DNA of 64,000 nt from an uncultured Gemmatimonadales bacterium (GTDB lineage: Bacteria > Gemmatimonadota > Gemmatimonadetes > Gemmatimonadales > GWC2-71-9): positions 1-64,000 of the forward strand of contig CAWGSK010000012.1 of NCBI GenBank assembly GCA_963825055.1. Reading direction: 5' to 3'. The notes under the pieces are model-generated. The model saw only the letters and a program-made list of their open reading frames with translations, had not been told where the DNA came from and made no database searches. Positions 42,158-50,902 of the stretch are shown one piece after another. The stretch's first letter is position 1; each line of letters starts with the position of its first letter. Made by a program: the position numbers and the translations under genes.

Positions 42158-42765
42158 GCGTGACACGTATGACGCGGCGCGGATTCCTCGGCGCCGGTGC
42201 GATCGGACTTGTTGCCACCGGCCGCCTGGCCGGGCAGGCGGTGCAGGATTCGCTGGCCGGGCGGGGCGAACGGGGCACGCTCTTCAATCCGGGCGCGGCG
42301 GGCCGCCCGCGCGACCCCTCCACGGCGGACGACAACAACCTCGCCATCCAGGCGATCGAGCGCCGGATCAAGTGCCAGTGCGGCTGCGGGCTGGATGTCT
42401 TCACCTGCCGCACGACCGACTTCACCTGCCAGACCTCGCCCGAGATGCACCGGCGCGTGGCGGCGTCCCACAATGACGGACTTACGGCCGACCAGATCGT
42501 GCAGCAGTTCGTGGATCAGTACGGCGAACAGGCCCTGATGGCCCCACCGGCGGAGGGGTTCAACCTGGCGGGATACCTTGTCCCCGGGGCCATCATCCTG
42601 CTGGCCGGGGTGCTCCTGGTCCTCATGTTCCTGCGCCGCCGCCGGCTGGCGGTGGCCACGCCGACCGGACCGGTACTCCATGCCGGGACACCGCCCGGCG
42701 GGGCGGCCGGGTCCCCCGAGGAACTCGCGCGTCTCGAGCGGGCACTCGCGGAGATGGAGGATTGA
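42154..42765 (+). CDS. ccmH: CcmH/NrfF-like protein with twin-arginine signal
   Basis: ATGA overlap with ccmF; TRRGFL; IKCQCGC; GLTADQIVQQFVDQYGEQALMAPP followed by a C-terminal TM. Confidence 0.72.
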   Translation: MSVTRMTRRGFLGAGAIGLVATGRLAGQAVQDSLAGRGERGTLFNPGAAGRPRDPSTADDNNLAIQAIERRIKCQCGCGLDVFTCRTTDFTCQTSPEMHRRVAASHNDGLTADQIVQQFVDQYGEQALMAPPAEGFNLAGYLVPGAIILLAGVLLVLMFLRRRRLAVATPTGPVLHAGTPPGGAAGSPEELARLERALAEMED

Positions 42766-43256
42766 ACCCGGTCACCATTGAGATTCTCGCCGCCGGTGTG
42801 CTGGGCCTTACCGTGCTCTGGCTCGTGCTCAGCCCGTTCCTCGCCGGATCGAAGCCTGCCCGGATCATCCTCGAACCGCCGCTTCCGGAGGAGACCGCCC
42901 GGGGCCAGGCCCTCATCGCGCTCAAGGAGATCGAGTTCGACCGCGAAACGGGCAAGCTCTCGGACGAAGACTACGAGATGCTGAAGGCCCGGTACACCGC
43001 CCGGGCCCTCCAGGCGATCCGGGAGGAGCCCGGAGCCGCCGGACCGGCAGCCGCTCCCGCGCCCTCCGGAGCTACTGCCGGGGCCGAGGTGGCGGCGGTC
43101 TGCCCGAATTGCGGCCCGCGACCCGAAGAGGACGCCGCCTTCTGCTCTTCGTGCGGCACCCGTCTTTCCACCGGTCGCGATTGCCGCGGCTGCGGAGCCG
43201 CCGTGTCGCCCGACGCCAGCTTCTGCGAGGCCTGCGGGCAACCTGTGGCGGCCTGA
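42762..43256 (+). CDS. TM-CcmI-like cytoplasmic helix-double zinc ribbon protein
   Basis: TTG start overlapping the ccmH stop; TM; ALKEIEFDRETGKLSDEDYEMLKARY; four CxxC at the C-terminus. Confidence 0.75.
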   Translation: MNPVTIEILAAGVLGLTVLWLVLSPFLAGSKPARIILEPPLPEETARGQALIALKEIEFDRETGKLSDEDYEMLKARYTARALQAIREEPGAAGPAAAPAPSGATAGAEVAAVCPNCGPRPEEDAAFCSSCGTRLSTGRDCRGCGAAVSPDASFCEACGQPVAA

Positions 43257-43291
43257 GCCGGCGCTTCAGGCAGGGGAACGGCAGGTGTCAG

Positions 43292-43315
43292 GGGCCGGGG
43301 AGCAATCCCCGGCCC
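43292..43315. terminator. GC-rich hairpin between convergent genes
   Basis: GGGCCGGGGA-GCAA-TCCCCGGCCC, 10-bp stem with a GNRA loop; no clear U-tract. Confidence 0.6.
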
Positions 43316-43323
43316 TGCGTGCG

Positions 43324-44586
43324 TCAGTGCATCGTGAGCGTGAGCCACCCGTTCGTCACGCTGTCCTGCCCCTTCACGATCCAGTTGGCGCCGGCATGGT
43401 ACTCGCCCGCGACGACGTCCTCGATGGCATTGCCGATCAGGTCATCATCACTGTGCAGGAATGAGGCGAGTGCCCGGATCAGCCGGAGTATGGCCGGTGC
43501 CGCCTTCCAGACCCGCTTGAGCCCCTGTTCGGACGAGGAGCCGCCCGAGAGGTCGCGGAGGAGCCCCGGGAGGGAGCCGACGAGCTCGGTGAACTCGTCC
43601 GGTTCCACCTTGATCTCGCACGGTGTGTCATCGTCTTCCACGGCGAAGACCCGCAGGCTCTTGCCGGGGTGCTCGATCTGGTACGTGTCGATCTGCCCCT
43701 GGGTGAAAAGGAGCACGTTGCCGGTCCAGTCCAGACTGTTCTGGTCATACGTGTACGGACCGCTCGCCTTTTCGCCCGCGCACTGCCAGGTGCGGAGCGA
43801 GTCGGTGTCGCCTGACTGGCCGAGGATGTGGATCTCGAACTCGGGATTGCCGCGAAGCCACCCCTCGAACGTCTGCACGAAATGCGCGCTCGTCATGTAC
43901 AGTCCCGGCGTCGGGCTCGTTACCGGCGGCTTGACGCCGCCGCCTCCCCCACCGCTGCCGCCGCCGGATCCGTCCCCGTCGCAGGTATCAAGGGTACAGG
44001 TGGCCCGGGCAGGCCCGGCATCGAAATCCGTCTCCACCGGAACGAGGGCGATCACGGGTGTATCGGGCGGCCGGAGCGGGTCGAGCAGCATGCGGGTGCC
44101 GCGGGTGTCAAACGCAACCGGCACGTCCCCGTCTCGCAGGGCCGTCGCGACGAGCACGTCCGGACCTCCGTCCCATCGGGCACGGTGGGCGGGGACGGGG
44201 AGATAGAGTTCCAGCGGTGTGGTGGCGCGCGCGAGCGCCTGGACACTCAACTCGGGAGCACCGCTCGCCCGGGCGATGCTGCGTGTCGCGCCGGTGGCCG
44301 GGGAGGCCAGGTAGCGCTGGAAGTGGAGCTTGTGCTCGCGGATGGGCGAGGCGTCCAGACTCCGCCTGAGGGACGAGCGGAACTCCGGCTGGCCCAGGGC
44401 GATGGCGGTCTGCCGTGCGAGGGCCTCCATGTTGGCGGCCTGGGCCCGTGCCGCGGGGGATGGGGCTGGGCGCGCCGCGCGGGACGGGCCGGTGAGGGAA
44501 CTTGGCGCCTGGGGCAGTTCGCGGTCCGTGCAGGCGAGTGCGGCCACCCCGAACAGCAGGACCAGGAACTTGGAGGAACAGGACAT
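43324..44586 (-). CDS. Putative lipoprotein of unknown function
   Basis: AAGGAGG RBS before ATG 44586; lipobox-like AALAC; Gly-rich linker between two domains. Confidence 0.7.
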   Translation of the reverse strand: MSCSSKFLVLLFGVAALACTDRELPQAPSSLTGPSRAARPAPSPAARAQAANMEALARQTAIALGQPEFRSSLRRSLDASPIREHKLHFQRYLASPATGATRSIARASGAPELSVQALARATTPLELYLPVPAHRARWDGGPDVLVATALRDGDVPVAFDTRGTRMLLDPLRPPDTPVIALVPVETDFDAGPARATCTLDTCDGDGSGGGSGGGGGGVKPPVTSPTPGLYMTSAHFVQTFEGWLRGNPEFEIHILGQSGDTDSLRTWQCAGEKASGPYTYDQNSLDWTGNVLLFTQGQIDTYQIEHPGKSLRVFAVEDDDTPCEIKVEPDEFTELVGSLPGLLRDLSGGSSSEQGLKRVWKAAPAILRLIRALASFLHSDDDLIGNAIEDVVAGEYHAGANWIVKGQDSVTNGWLTLTMH

Positions 44587-44678
44587 GACGCCTCCTTGGC
44601 GTTGGTGTGGGCGCCAAGGTAGGACGCGAAGGGGCGCGTGCCGTGACCGGGGAAGCGCGGGCGGGGGGCGAAAAAGCA

Positions 44679-44869
44679 GTGACTGGTGATTGGTGACTAG
44701 TGATTGGTGCTTGGGCGGTGAGTATCTTCGCGACTGCCGACTGCCGACTGCCGACTGCCGACTGCCGACTGCCGACTGCCGACTGCCGACTGCGACTGCC
44801 GACTGCCGACTGCCGACTGCCGACTGCCGACTGCCGACACCCGACTCTCGACACCCGACTCCCGACGCC
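44679..44869. repeat. Heptamer tandem repeat arrays (GTGAYTR-like x5; CGACTGC x15 plus 5 degenerate units)
   Basis: 44679-44713 gtgactg/gtgattg/gtgacta/gtgattg/gtgcttg; 44731-44834 CGACTGC units, one of them 6 nt (44787-44792); 44835-44869 degenerate units. Confidence 0.95.
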
Positions 44870-44888
44870 CTGTTCACTATCTTCCATC

Positions 44889-45848
44889 ATGATTTCTCTC
44901 CCCGAACTCGAATCCTCTGCCGCCTTCATTCACGAAATCATCGGCTCCACGCCGCAGTACGACTGGCCGCTCCTGGCGGAACGGTGTGGGTGCGAGGTGT
45001 GGGTGAAGCACGAGAACTACACTCCCATCGGGGCGTTCAAGGTCCGGGGAGGCCTGGTCTACCTCGACGCCCTCATGCGACAGGGCGGGGCCGCGGGCGT
45101 TATCACCGCGACCAGGGGGAACCACGGGCAGAGTATCGGGTATGCCGCCCGCCGCCTCGGCCTCCGCGTGGTGATGGTGGTGCCGCACGGCAACAGTATG
45201 GAGAAGAACGCCGCCATGCGGGCGCTCGGGGTCGAGCTGGTGGAGGAGGGGCACGATTTCCAGGCGGCCGCGGAGCACGCGCGCGAGCAGGCCCGCGAGG
45301 AGGGGTTGCACCTTATCCCGTCGTTCCATCCGTTGCTGGTGCGCGGCGTGGCGAGCTATGCGCTGGAGTTCTTTCGCGGGGCTCCGGAACTCGACACGGT
45401 GTACGTGCCGGTCGGTATGGGGTCGGGGATCTGCGGGGTGATCGCCGCCCGCAACGCCCTGGGCCTGGAAACGCGGATCGTCGGGGTGGTGGCGGCCCAG
45501 GCTCCCGCCTACGCCATCAGCTTCCGGAACCGCGAGCTCTTCTCCACGACCACGGCCGACACCATGGCGGATGGCCTCGCCTGCCGCGTGCCCGACCCGG
45601 AGGCGTTCGCGGTGATCCTGCACGGGGTGGAGCGGATGGTGACCGTGTCGGACGACGACATCATGCGTGCCATGCGGATTTACCTCACGGACACGCACAA
45701 CGTGGCGGAGGGGGCCGGAGCAGCACCGCTGGCCGCACTGCTCGGCGAGCGAACCCGCATGCGGGGCCGGCGCGTGGGCGTGGTGCTCTCCGGGGGGAAC
45801 GTGGACCGCTCGGTCTATGCCGACATCCTCGCGCCCGCCGGGAGTTGA
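44889..45848 (+). CDS. PLP-dependent threonine/serine dehydratase family protein (no regulatory domain)
   Basis: KHENYTPIGAFKVRGG, TRGNHGQS, VPVGMGSG, TMADG, AEGAGA, SGGN. Confidence 0.9.
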   Translation: MISLPELESSAAFIHEIIGSTPQYDWPLLAERCGCEVWVKHENYTPIGAFKVRGGLVYLDALMRQGGAAGVITATRGNHGQSIGYAARRLGLRVVMVVPHGNSMEKNAAMRALGVELVEEGHDFQAAAEHAREQAREEGLHLIPSFHPLLVRGVASYALEFFRGAPELDTVYVPVGMGSGICGVIAARNALGLETRIVGVVAAQAPAYAISFRNRELFSTTTADTMADGLACRVPDPEAFAVILHGVERMVTVSDDDIMRAMRIYLTDTHNVAEGAGAAPLAALLGERTRMRGRRVGVVLSGGNVDRSVYADILAPAGS

Positions 45849-46631
45849 TCAGGGCCGGATGATGAGGGCCGTCCGCCCGATGCCGAAGTTGGCCCGCGCC
45901 GGGTCGGCCGCCGTGACCTCGAGCAGCCAGGACCCGGCCTGTGGAACGCGCAGCTCACCCGCGTACAGGCTTCCGCCGCCCGTGTAGGCGAGCGGGACGG
46001 CGTCAGTGACGCGGTCCCCCTGGCGGAACCGGGCCAGGACGGTCCCCGCCCGCCAGAGCTCTCCCTCGCCCGTGGGACAACTGCAGAGCATCCTGACCCG
46101 GGCCTGGACCGTGATCCGCTGCCCCGCCTTTGCTGTCCTGGGGCTTGCCTGGCTCGCCGGGCTCGTGATCTCGACGATGTAGCCGTGCAGGTCCATGACA
46201 ATCCCGTCGCCGGCAACGTCCTGTCCCGGGAAGAGCAGCACGGTCGTGACCGCGGTGGCGGCTGCCTCCGGATAGGCGAGGGGCCCGTGAGCCCGTACTT
46301 CCACGAGCGTGGGCTGGGAGAGCGGAATCGTCGCCCGGAACGCGGCAGCGCCATCGGTCGTGAACACGAGCGAGTCACGTATCCGTGGCTCGACCATGAT
46401 CCGGCGCGTGTCGCCGGTGCCACCGGAATGCAGGCCCTGGGCCAGAACCTCACCAGTCTCGGCGTTCGTGATGGTGACATGTGCCCCGCCCACGGCCGAG
46501 CCGATCAGCTTCGCATCATGCGCGACGACGTGGACGACGACGGTGGTCGGGGTGGCCTGGGACGCGAGGGTGGTGGGGAGTGCAGCCGTCACGAGCGCGA
46601 GAGTGACCAGGGAAGTTCTTCCGGCGGGCAT
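45849..46631 (-). CDS. Secreted protein of unknown function
   Basis: GGAG RBS; signal peptide; beta-rich sequence; LCSCP motif. Confidence 0.65.
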   Translation of the reverse strand: MPAGRTSLVTLALVTAALPTTLASQATPTTVVVHVVAHDAKLIGSAVGGAHVTITNAETGEVLAQGLHSGGTGDTRRIMVEPRIRDSLVFTTDGAAAFRATIPLSQPTLVEVRAHGPLAYPEAAATAVTTVLLFPGQDVAGDGIVMDLHGYIVEITSPASQASPRTAKAGQRITVQARVRMLCSCPTGEGELWRAGTVLARFRQGDRVTDAVPLAYTGGGSLYAGELRVPQAGSWLLEVTAADPARANFGIGRTALIIRP

Positions 46632-46653
46632 GGACTACTCCATCGACGGGACC

Positions 46654-48099
46654 TCAGAAACCTAACTGGCGGCCCTTGGGTAGCGTGGTGGGGGTAGGGG
46701 GGAGGGGTTGAGAGGATGAGTAGCGGACAGTGGCGCTGGGGGATATCGCGTGAGCGAGATCATCGGAGGCGTGGAGTATGACAACAGATCGAACTGGTGC
46801 GTCCGAAGAATGGCGGAGTGGACATGGCGCGAAGGCAGCCAAGCATGTTGGCGGCGGCGACCTGCCCCTGTCGCTGGGCACGGCCCAGTGTTCGACGCAA
46901 CGGATCCCAGTCAACGGATCAGGGTATCTGGCCGAGTCCCTGCGCCAGATCTCCGGCACCTGGTCGCCAGGAACCGTCCCACAATGCCTTGTCCACGGCC
47001 AGGCCCGCGCTCGGCGAGGCGCAGCTCCGGCCGGACACCAACCGCGACTAGCACCAGGTCTGCCGGTAATTCGGTCTCGTCTCTAACTGGACGGAGGACG
47101 GTGTGATCTCTTGACAGTGCGTTGTAGATGGAAGGACACTACGTGACTGCGGTGCTGGGCTAGGAGAGAAACGCTGAGTTCAGGGCACAGCAAGCGCGCG
47201 AAGGGGATGGCGTCACGGCCGATGACGCTGACCGCGAGGCACGGCTCGCAGGGCTGCGGCGGCCTCGAGGCCGATGAATCCGGTACCGATGATGACCACC
47301 CGTGGCTTGGATTCGGCCCGCGCCACGATCGAGCGGCAGTCGCTGAGCGAACGCAGGACATGTACATGAGGTAAGCCGACCCCGGGCAGGGCGGGCCGCA
47401 CCGGGGTAGCGCCGGTTGCCAGCAACAGGGCTCCCAGGACAGTGAACGCCCGTCTCGAGTTGTACCGAACGTTCCATTGGCTGGATGGCTTCGACGCGCG
47501 CCTCCAGTCGATCCACGCCGAGATCGGAATAAAGGTGCGCGTCGAAAGCGGGAGCTATTCCGCCGGCGCTGAACCTGCCAGGAAGTCCTTCGAGAGGTTG
47601 GGACGGTCGTACGGCGCCTCTGGATCCGGATCGACCAGGGCAAGGGGCCCCGGTACCCTCCGGACCGGAGGGCCTCCACCGCGGCGCTGCCTGCCGCACC
47701 CGCGCCCACGACGACGATCGAGGCAGGGGATGCCGTCGGCGGGTCGGCGACCGGGGGCGGAACCACCCGCTCGGCCAGATAGACGCGGCCATACGGATGG
47801 TGGTCTTCCAGGCCGGAACGTCGCGCAGGGCAGGGGCGCGCAGGGTCCGCCCGCTCCGGAGCGAGAAGCACGCGTGATGCCAGGGGCAGCGACGGTGTCC
47901 CCCACGAGAAGTCCTTCGGCCAGGGGGCCGCCGTAGTGGCTGCATGTCGCACCAATGGCAAAGATCTCGGCGCCACGGCGTACCAGCATGACCGGGGCTT
48001 CACCGAAGCGGCGAGGAACGGCTGCCCGTCCTCGAGTGCCGCGAGGGGGATTCCCCCGGCGAGGTCGGGTCCCTGCGGCGGCGATGCATCTCCGGACAT
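46654..48099 (-). pseudogene. Rieske [2Fe-2S]-FAD-dependent ferredoxin reductase fusion, multiply frameshifted
   Basis: Fragments in three frames: CSHYGGPL, CPWHHACFSLRSG, VVVGAGAAG, PYDRPNLSKDFLAG, IIGTGFIGLEAAAALR, RYPDPLTG..EHW. 3' end garbled. Confidence 0.8.
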
Positions 48100-48129
48100 G
48101 GCCAGCTCCTGCGTGAGCAGAGGTGAGCA

Positions 48130-48469
48130 CTACCTGACCCGCAATGTACCGCGCATTACCGGATGGAACCGGCAGAAGTACAGTTCGGCTCCCGAGCTGG
48201 GGACGACATACGACCAGGCCAGGCCGCCTGCGATGGCCCCTGAGTCCCACGTGCTGTCGGTGGCTGTGGCCGTATGCGGGACCGCGTCCCGATTGATGAA
48301 CCACACGGTGTCCCCTGGTTCTGCTTCGATTGCTTCGGGATGGAATCGGAAGTTCTCGATCATGACCATGCGGGCTTCCGGGGGCCGGCTCCGGCGGGGC
48401 CCGCCCGTGGCGAGCCCACTGTGCGGGCCCGGGGGATTCAAGCCAATGGGAGACGTATGCGCCCGTCAT
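48130..48469 (-). CDS. Cupredoxin (amicyanin/plastocyanin-like), probable frameshift in the N-terminal part
   Basis: GDTVWFIN, PHTAT, YFCRFHPVMRG type-1 Cu ligands in ORF 48130..48441. The coupled ATG at 48469 is in another frame. Confidence 0.78.
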
Positions 48470-48999
48470 TTGGCGGCGCCGAGGGCGGTCGCGAGGCGGC
48501 GCGCATGTTCCAGATGCGCGGCGATCGCCGGTCGGACGCTGGTCAGCAGATCACGAAGTTCGCTGTTGGATGCTTCCGGGATCAGGAGCCCGTCGAGCGC
48601 GTCGAGTACGGCTTGATGGTACGCGACTTCCCGGGTGATGTAGGCGCGGTCGAACGCCGGCCCCTTCAATGCGGCGAGCTGTATCCGGACGCTGTTGGCA
48701 GAGGCCTGCAGGGAGGCGCTGACCGGATTGGACTGCGGCGTCACACCCAGCCGGCCGGCAAGGAGGGCGGCCTGCTTGTTCACGGCGGTGTGGTCGGTGA
48801 TCATCGTCCTGGCGAAGTTCCCGACGTCGGCGCTGGCGGCCCGCGTCGCGGCAAGTCCCGCCATGTCCACGTCAATGGCGTTGGCGGTGACCGCGACATG
48901 CGCGATCTCCGCGTCGTTGAGCTTGGGAGTCTGGCCCGCCAGGGCTGCGGGAGCGAGCGTCAGCAGCAGGATGCTCAGGGGGATGCGTGGGAATGCCAT
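48466..48999 (-). CDS. Secreted DUF4142-like (ferritin-like) protein
   Basis: Signal peptide; LNDAEIA, FARTMITDH, AFDRAYI..EVAYHQ, HLEHA. Confidence 0.8.
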   Translation of the reverse strand: MAFPRIPLSILLLTLAPAALAGQTPKLNDAEIAHVAVTANAIDVDMAGLAATRAASADVGNFARTMITDHTAVNKQAALLAGRLGVTPQSNPVSASLQASANSVRIQLAALKGPAFDRAYITREVAYHQAVLDALDGLLIPEASNSELRDLLTSVRPAIAAHLEHARRLATALGAAK

Positions 49000-49053
49000 G
49001 GGACGACCTCTGGAGACAGGGTAAATCCGGCCTTGGGGTGTGCCGGTGTGACC

Positions 49054-49128
49054 AGTCTAGTCGATGAATCATACTTTGTCAATAAATTACTTGAAATACT
49101 AGACAAAGCCTTCAGCGGACAGTAAATT
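49054..49128. promoter_or_regulatory. Back-to-back sigma70-type promoters with an inverted repeat
   Basis: Minus: TTGACA (49082-49077), 17 bp, TAGACT (49059-49054). Plus: TAGACA (49100-49105), 17 bp, TAAATT (49123-49128). Inverted repeat CTTTGTC (49074-49080) / GACAAAG (49102-49108). Confidence 0.65.
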
Positions 49129-49146
49129 GTGACCCGGGAGGTATTC

Positions 49147-49780
49147 ATGAACTGGTTTGAGGAGTTTCTCGGCGAGACCCGGGCTCGCATCGTGACCATG
49201 CTCCGACGGTCGTCGGCGAGCATCGCCGAGCTGGCGTCCCGGCTGCACATCACGGGAAACGCCGTCCGCGGCCATGTGGCCTCCCTGCAGGCCGGGGGAC
49301 TGGTTCGCGTGGCGGGCACGGCGCCGTCAGGCGGCGGGAAGCCTGCGCACCTTTACGACATTACCCTGCGGGCGGAAGAGCTCTTTCCCAAGGCCTATGT
49401 CCTGATGCTGGGCGAGATGGTCCGGTCGCTCAAGGCGAGAGACGGGCAGGAGCGCACCCGGGAACTCCTCCGGCAGGTGGGCGCGGCGGCCGTGCCCGAA
49501 GGGGCCACCGGGGGTCGTGCCCTTGAAGCGAGAGTGCAGGCTGCCGCCCGGGTGCTCCAGTCCATCGGGGGCGATGTCGAGGTGAACCGGCTGCCGGACG
49601 GTTGGGAGATCCGGGGCCATGGTTGCCCGCTCTCCGCCGTTGTGCTGGTCGAGCCCGACGCCTGCGCGGTGGCGCAGGGTCTGGTCGGCGAGGTGACGGG
49701 GACGCCGGTGGTCGAGCGCTGCGATCGCAGTGACCGTGCGCGCTGCGTGTTTTTCGTTGCTGCTACGCCGGAGCCGACAG
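49147..49780 (+). CDS. ArsR-like winged-HTH transcriptional regulator with Cys-rich C-terminal domain (true 3' end uncertain)
   Basis: GGAGG RBS; SIAELASRLHITGNAVRGHV, GKPAHLY, GCPL, DAC, ERC..RARC. The ORF reads through to 50145 antisense to the aldolase, probably because of an indel near 49781. Confidence 0.75.
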
Positions 49781-50788
49781 TCGCTCCGGACGGCGGCGAC
49801 GGCCAGGTCGATGCCTTCCTGGTCCACGTCCAGGTGGGTGACGGCCCGGACCAGGCCGTCACCCACCACGGACACACGCACGCCGTACTCCTCCAGAAGC
49901 TGCCGGACGAAGCCTCCGGCATCGCCCGCCAGCCCGAACACGACGATGTTCGTCTGGACATGCTCCGGGTCGAGGCTGACGCCTGGCAGGTCCGCGATGC
50001 CTTCCGCGAACCGGCGCGCGTTCGCGTGATCCTCGGCGAGGCGCTCCACGTTGTGATCGAGAGCATAGCAGGCCCGCCGCAGCGAGAATACCGGTCTGGC
50101 GCATGGCGCCGCCCAGCCGCTGCTTCCAGGTCCAGGCAGCCGTAATGAACTCGCGGCTCCCTGCCAGTACCGCGCCCACCGGCGCGCCGAGTCCCTTGCT
50201 CAGGTCGATCCAGACGGAATCGAATCCGGCCGCGAAATCGGCGGCCGGCGTTCCCGTCGCCACCACCGCGTTGAGCAGGCGTGCCCCGTCCATGTGGGTG
50301 GCCAGCCCGACCTCCCGTGCCACCGACACGACATCATCGACCTGGGCCTTCGACCAGCAGGCGCCACCCCCGATGTTGGTCGTCTGCTCCACGCTCACCG
50401 CACGGCTGACAGGATACTGGCGATGGACCCTCCGGAGCCCGGCGCGGAGCTGCTCGCCCGTGAAAATCCCCCGCGTGCCCTCGAGCGGACGGATCATCAC
50501 GCCGAAGAGCGCCGGACCCCCCGCTTCGTAGTTGAGCGGGTGGGCCATCCGGTCCATCAGGATCTCGTCCCCTGCCCGGCAGTGTACCGCGAAGGAGACC
50601 TGGTTGCACATGGCGCCGGAGGGGAGGAAGACCGCCGCCTCCTTGCCGAGGAGCTCCGCCACGCGTTCCTGCAGCCGGTTGGTGGTCGGGTCCTCGCCGC
50701 GCTGCTCGTCCCCCACCTCCGCGCGCGCCATCGCCTGGCGCATGGCTTCGGTAGGGCGGGTCATGGTGTCGGAGAAGAGGTCGATCAT
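49763..50788 (-). pseudogene. ltaE: Low-specificity L-threonine aldolase, two apparent single-base indels (about 50068 and 49781)
   Basis: IDLFSDT, EDPT, HMDGARL, LSKGLGAPVG, GGAMRQ. Removing one base at 50068 restores GLYALDHNVERLAEDH. Adding one near 49781 gives a stop at 49763. Confidence 0.85.
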
Positions 50789-50798
50789 GGGAAGAACG

Positions 50799-50860
50799 GG
50801 GAAGAGGGGACAGGGAACAGCGAACAGTGAATGGCCAGTGGCAAGTGGTAAGCGGCAAAT
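50799..50860. repeat. Degenerate heptamer repeats upstream of the aldolase
   Basis: gggaaga ggggaca gggaaca gcgaaca gtgaatg gccagtg gcaagtg gtaagcg. Confidence 0.55.
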
Positions 50861-50902
50861 CGTCGGGGATGACACGAGACTCCCACTCGCCACTCACCGC
50901 CC

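Noticed and set aside
22131..43323. Mobile element boundaries around the respiratory island
   Set aside because: No integrase, transposase, tRNA or flanking direct repeats seen, and no obvious compositional shift.
44731..44869. Possible CRISPR array
   Set aside because: Contiguous 7-bp units with no spacers and no cas genes.
44587..44929. ORF extensions with SRQSAVG / TADCRLP repeats
   Set aside because: These are translations of the microsatellite; better starts exist at 44586 (-) and 44889 (+).
46678..46710. G-quadruplex-like G-runs
   Set aside because: They lie in the garbled 3' end of the reductase pseudogene and are probably a sequence-quality artefact.
49781..50145. C-terminal extension of the HTH regulator as a fused domain
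   Set aside because: It is the antisense reading of the aldolase 3' end, probably exposed by an indel.
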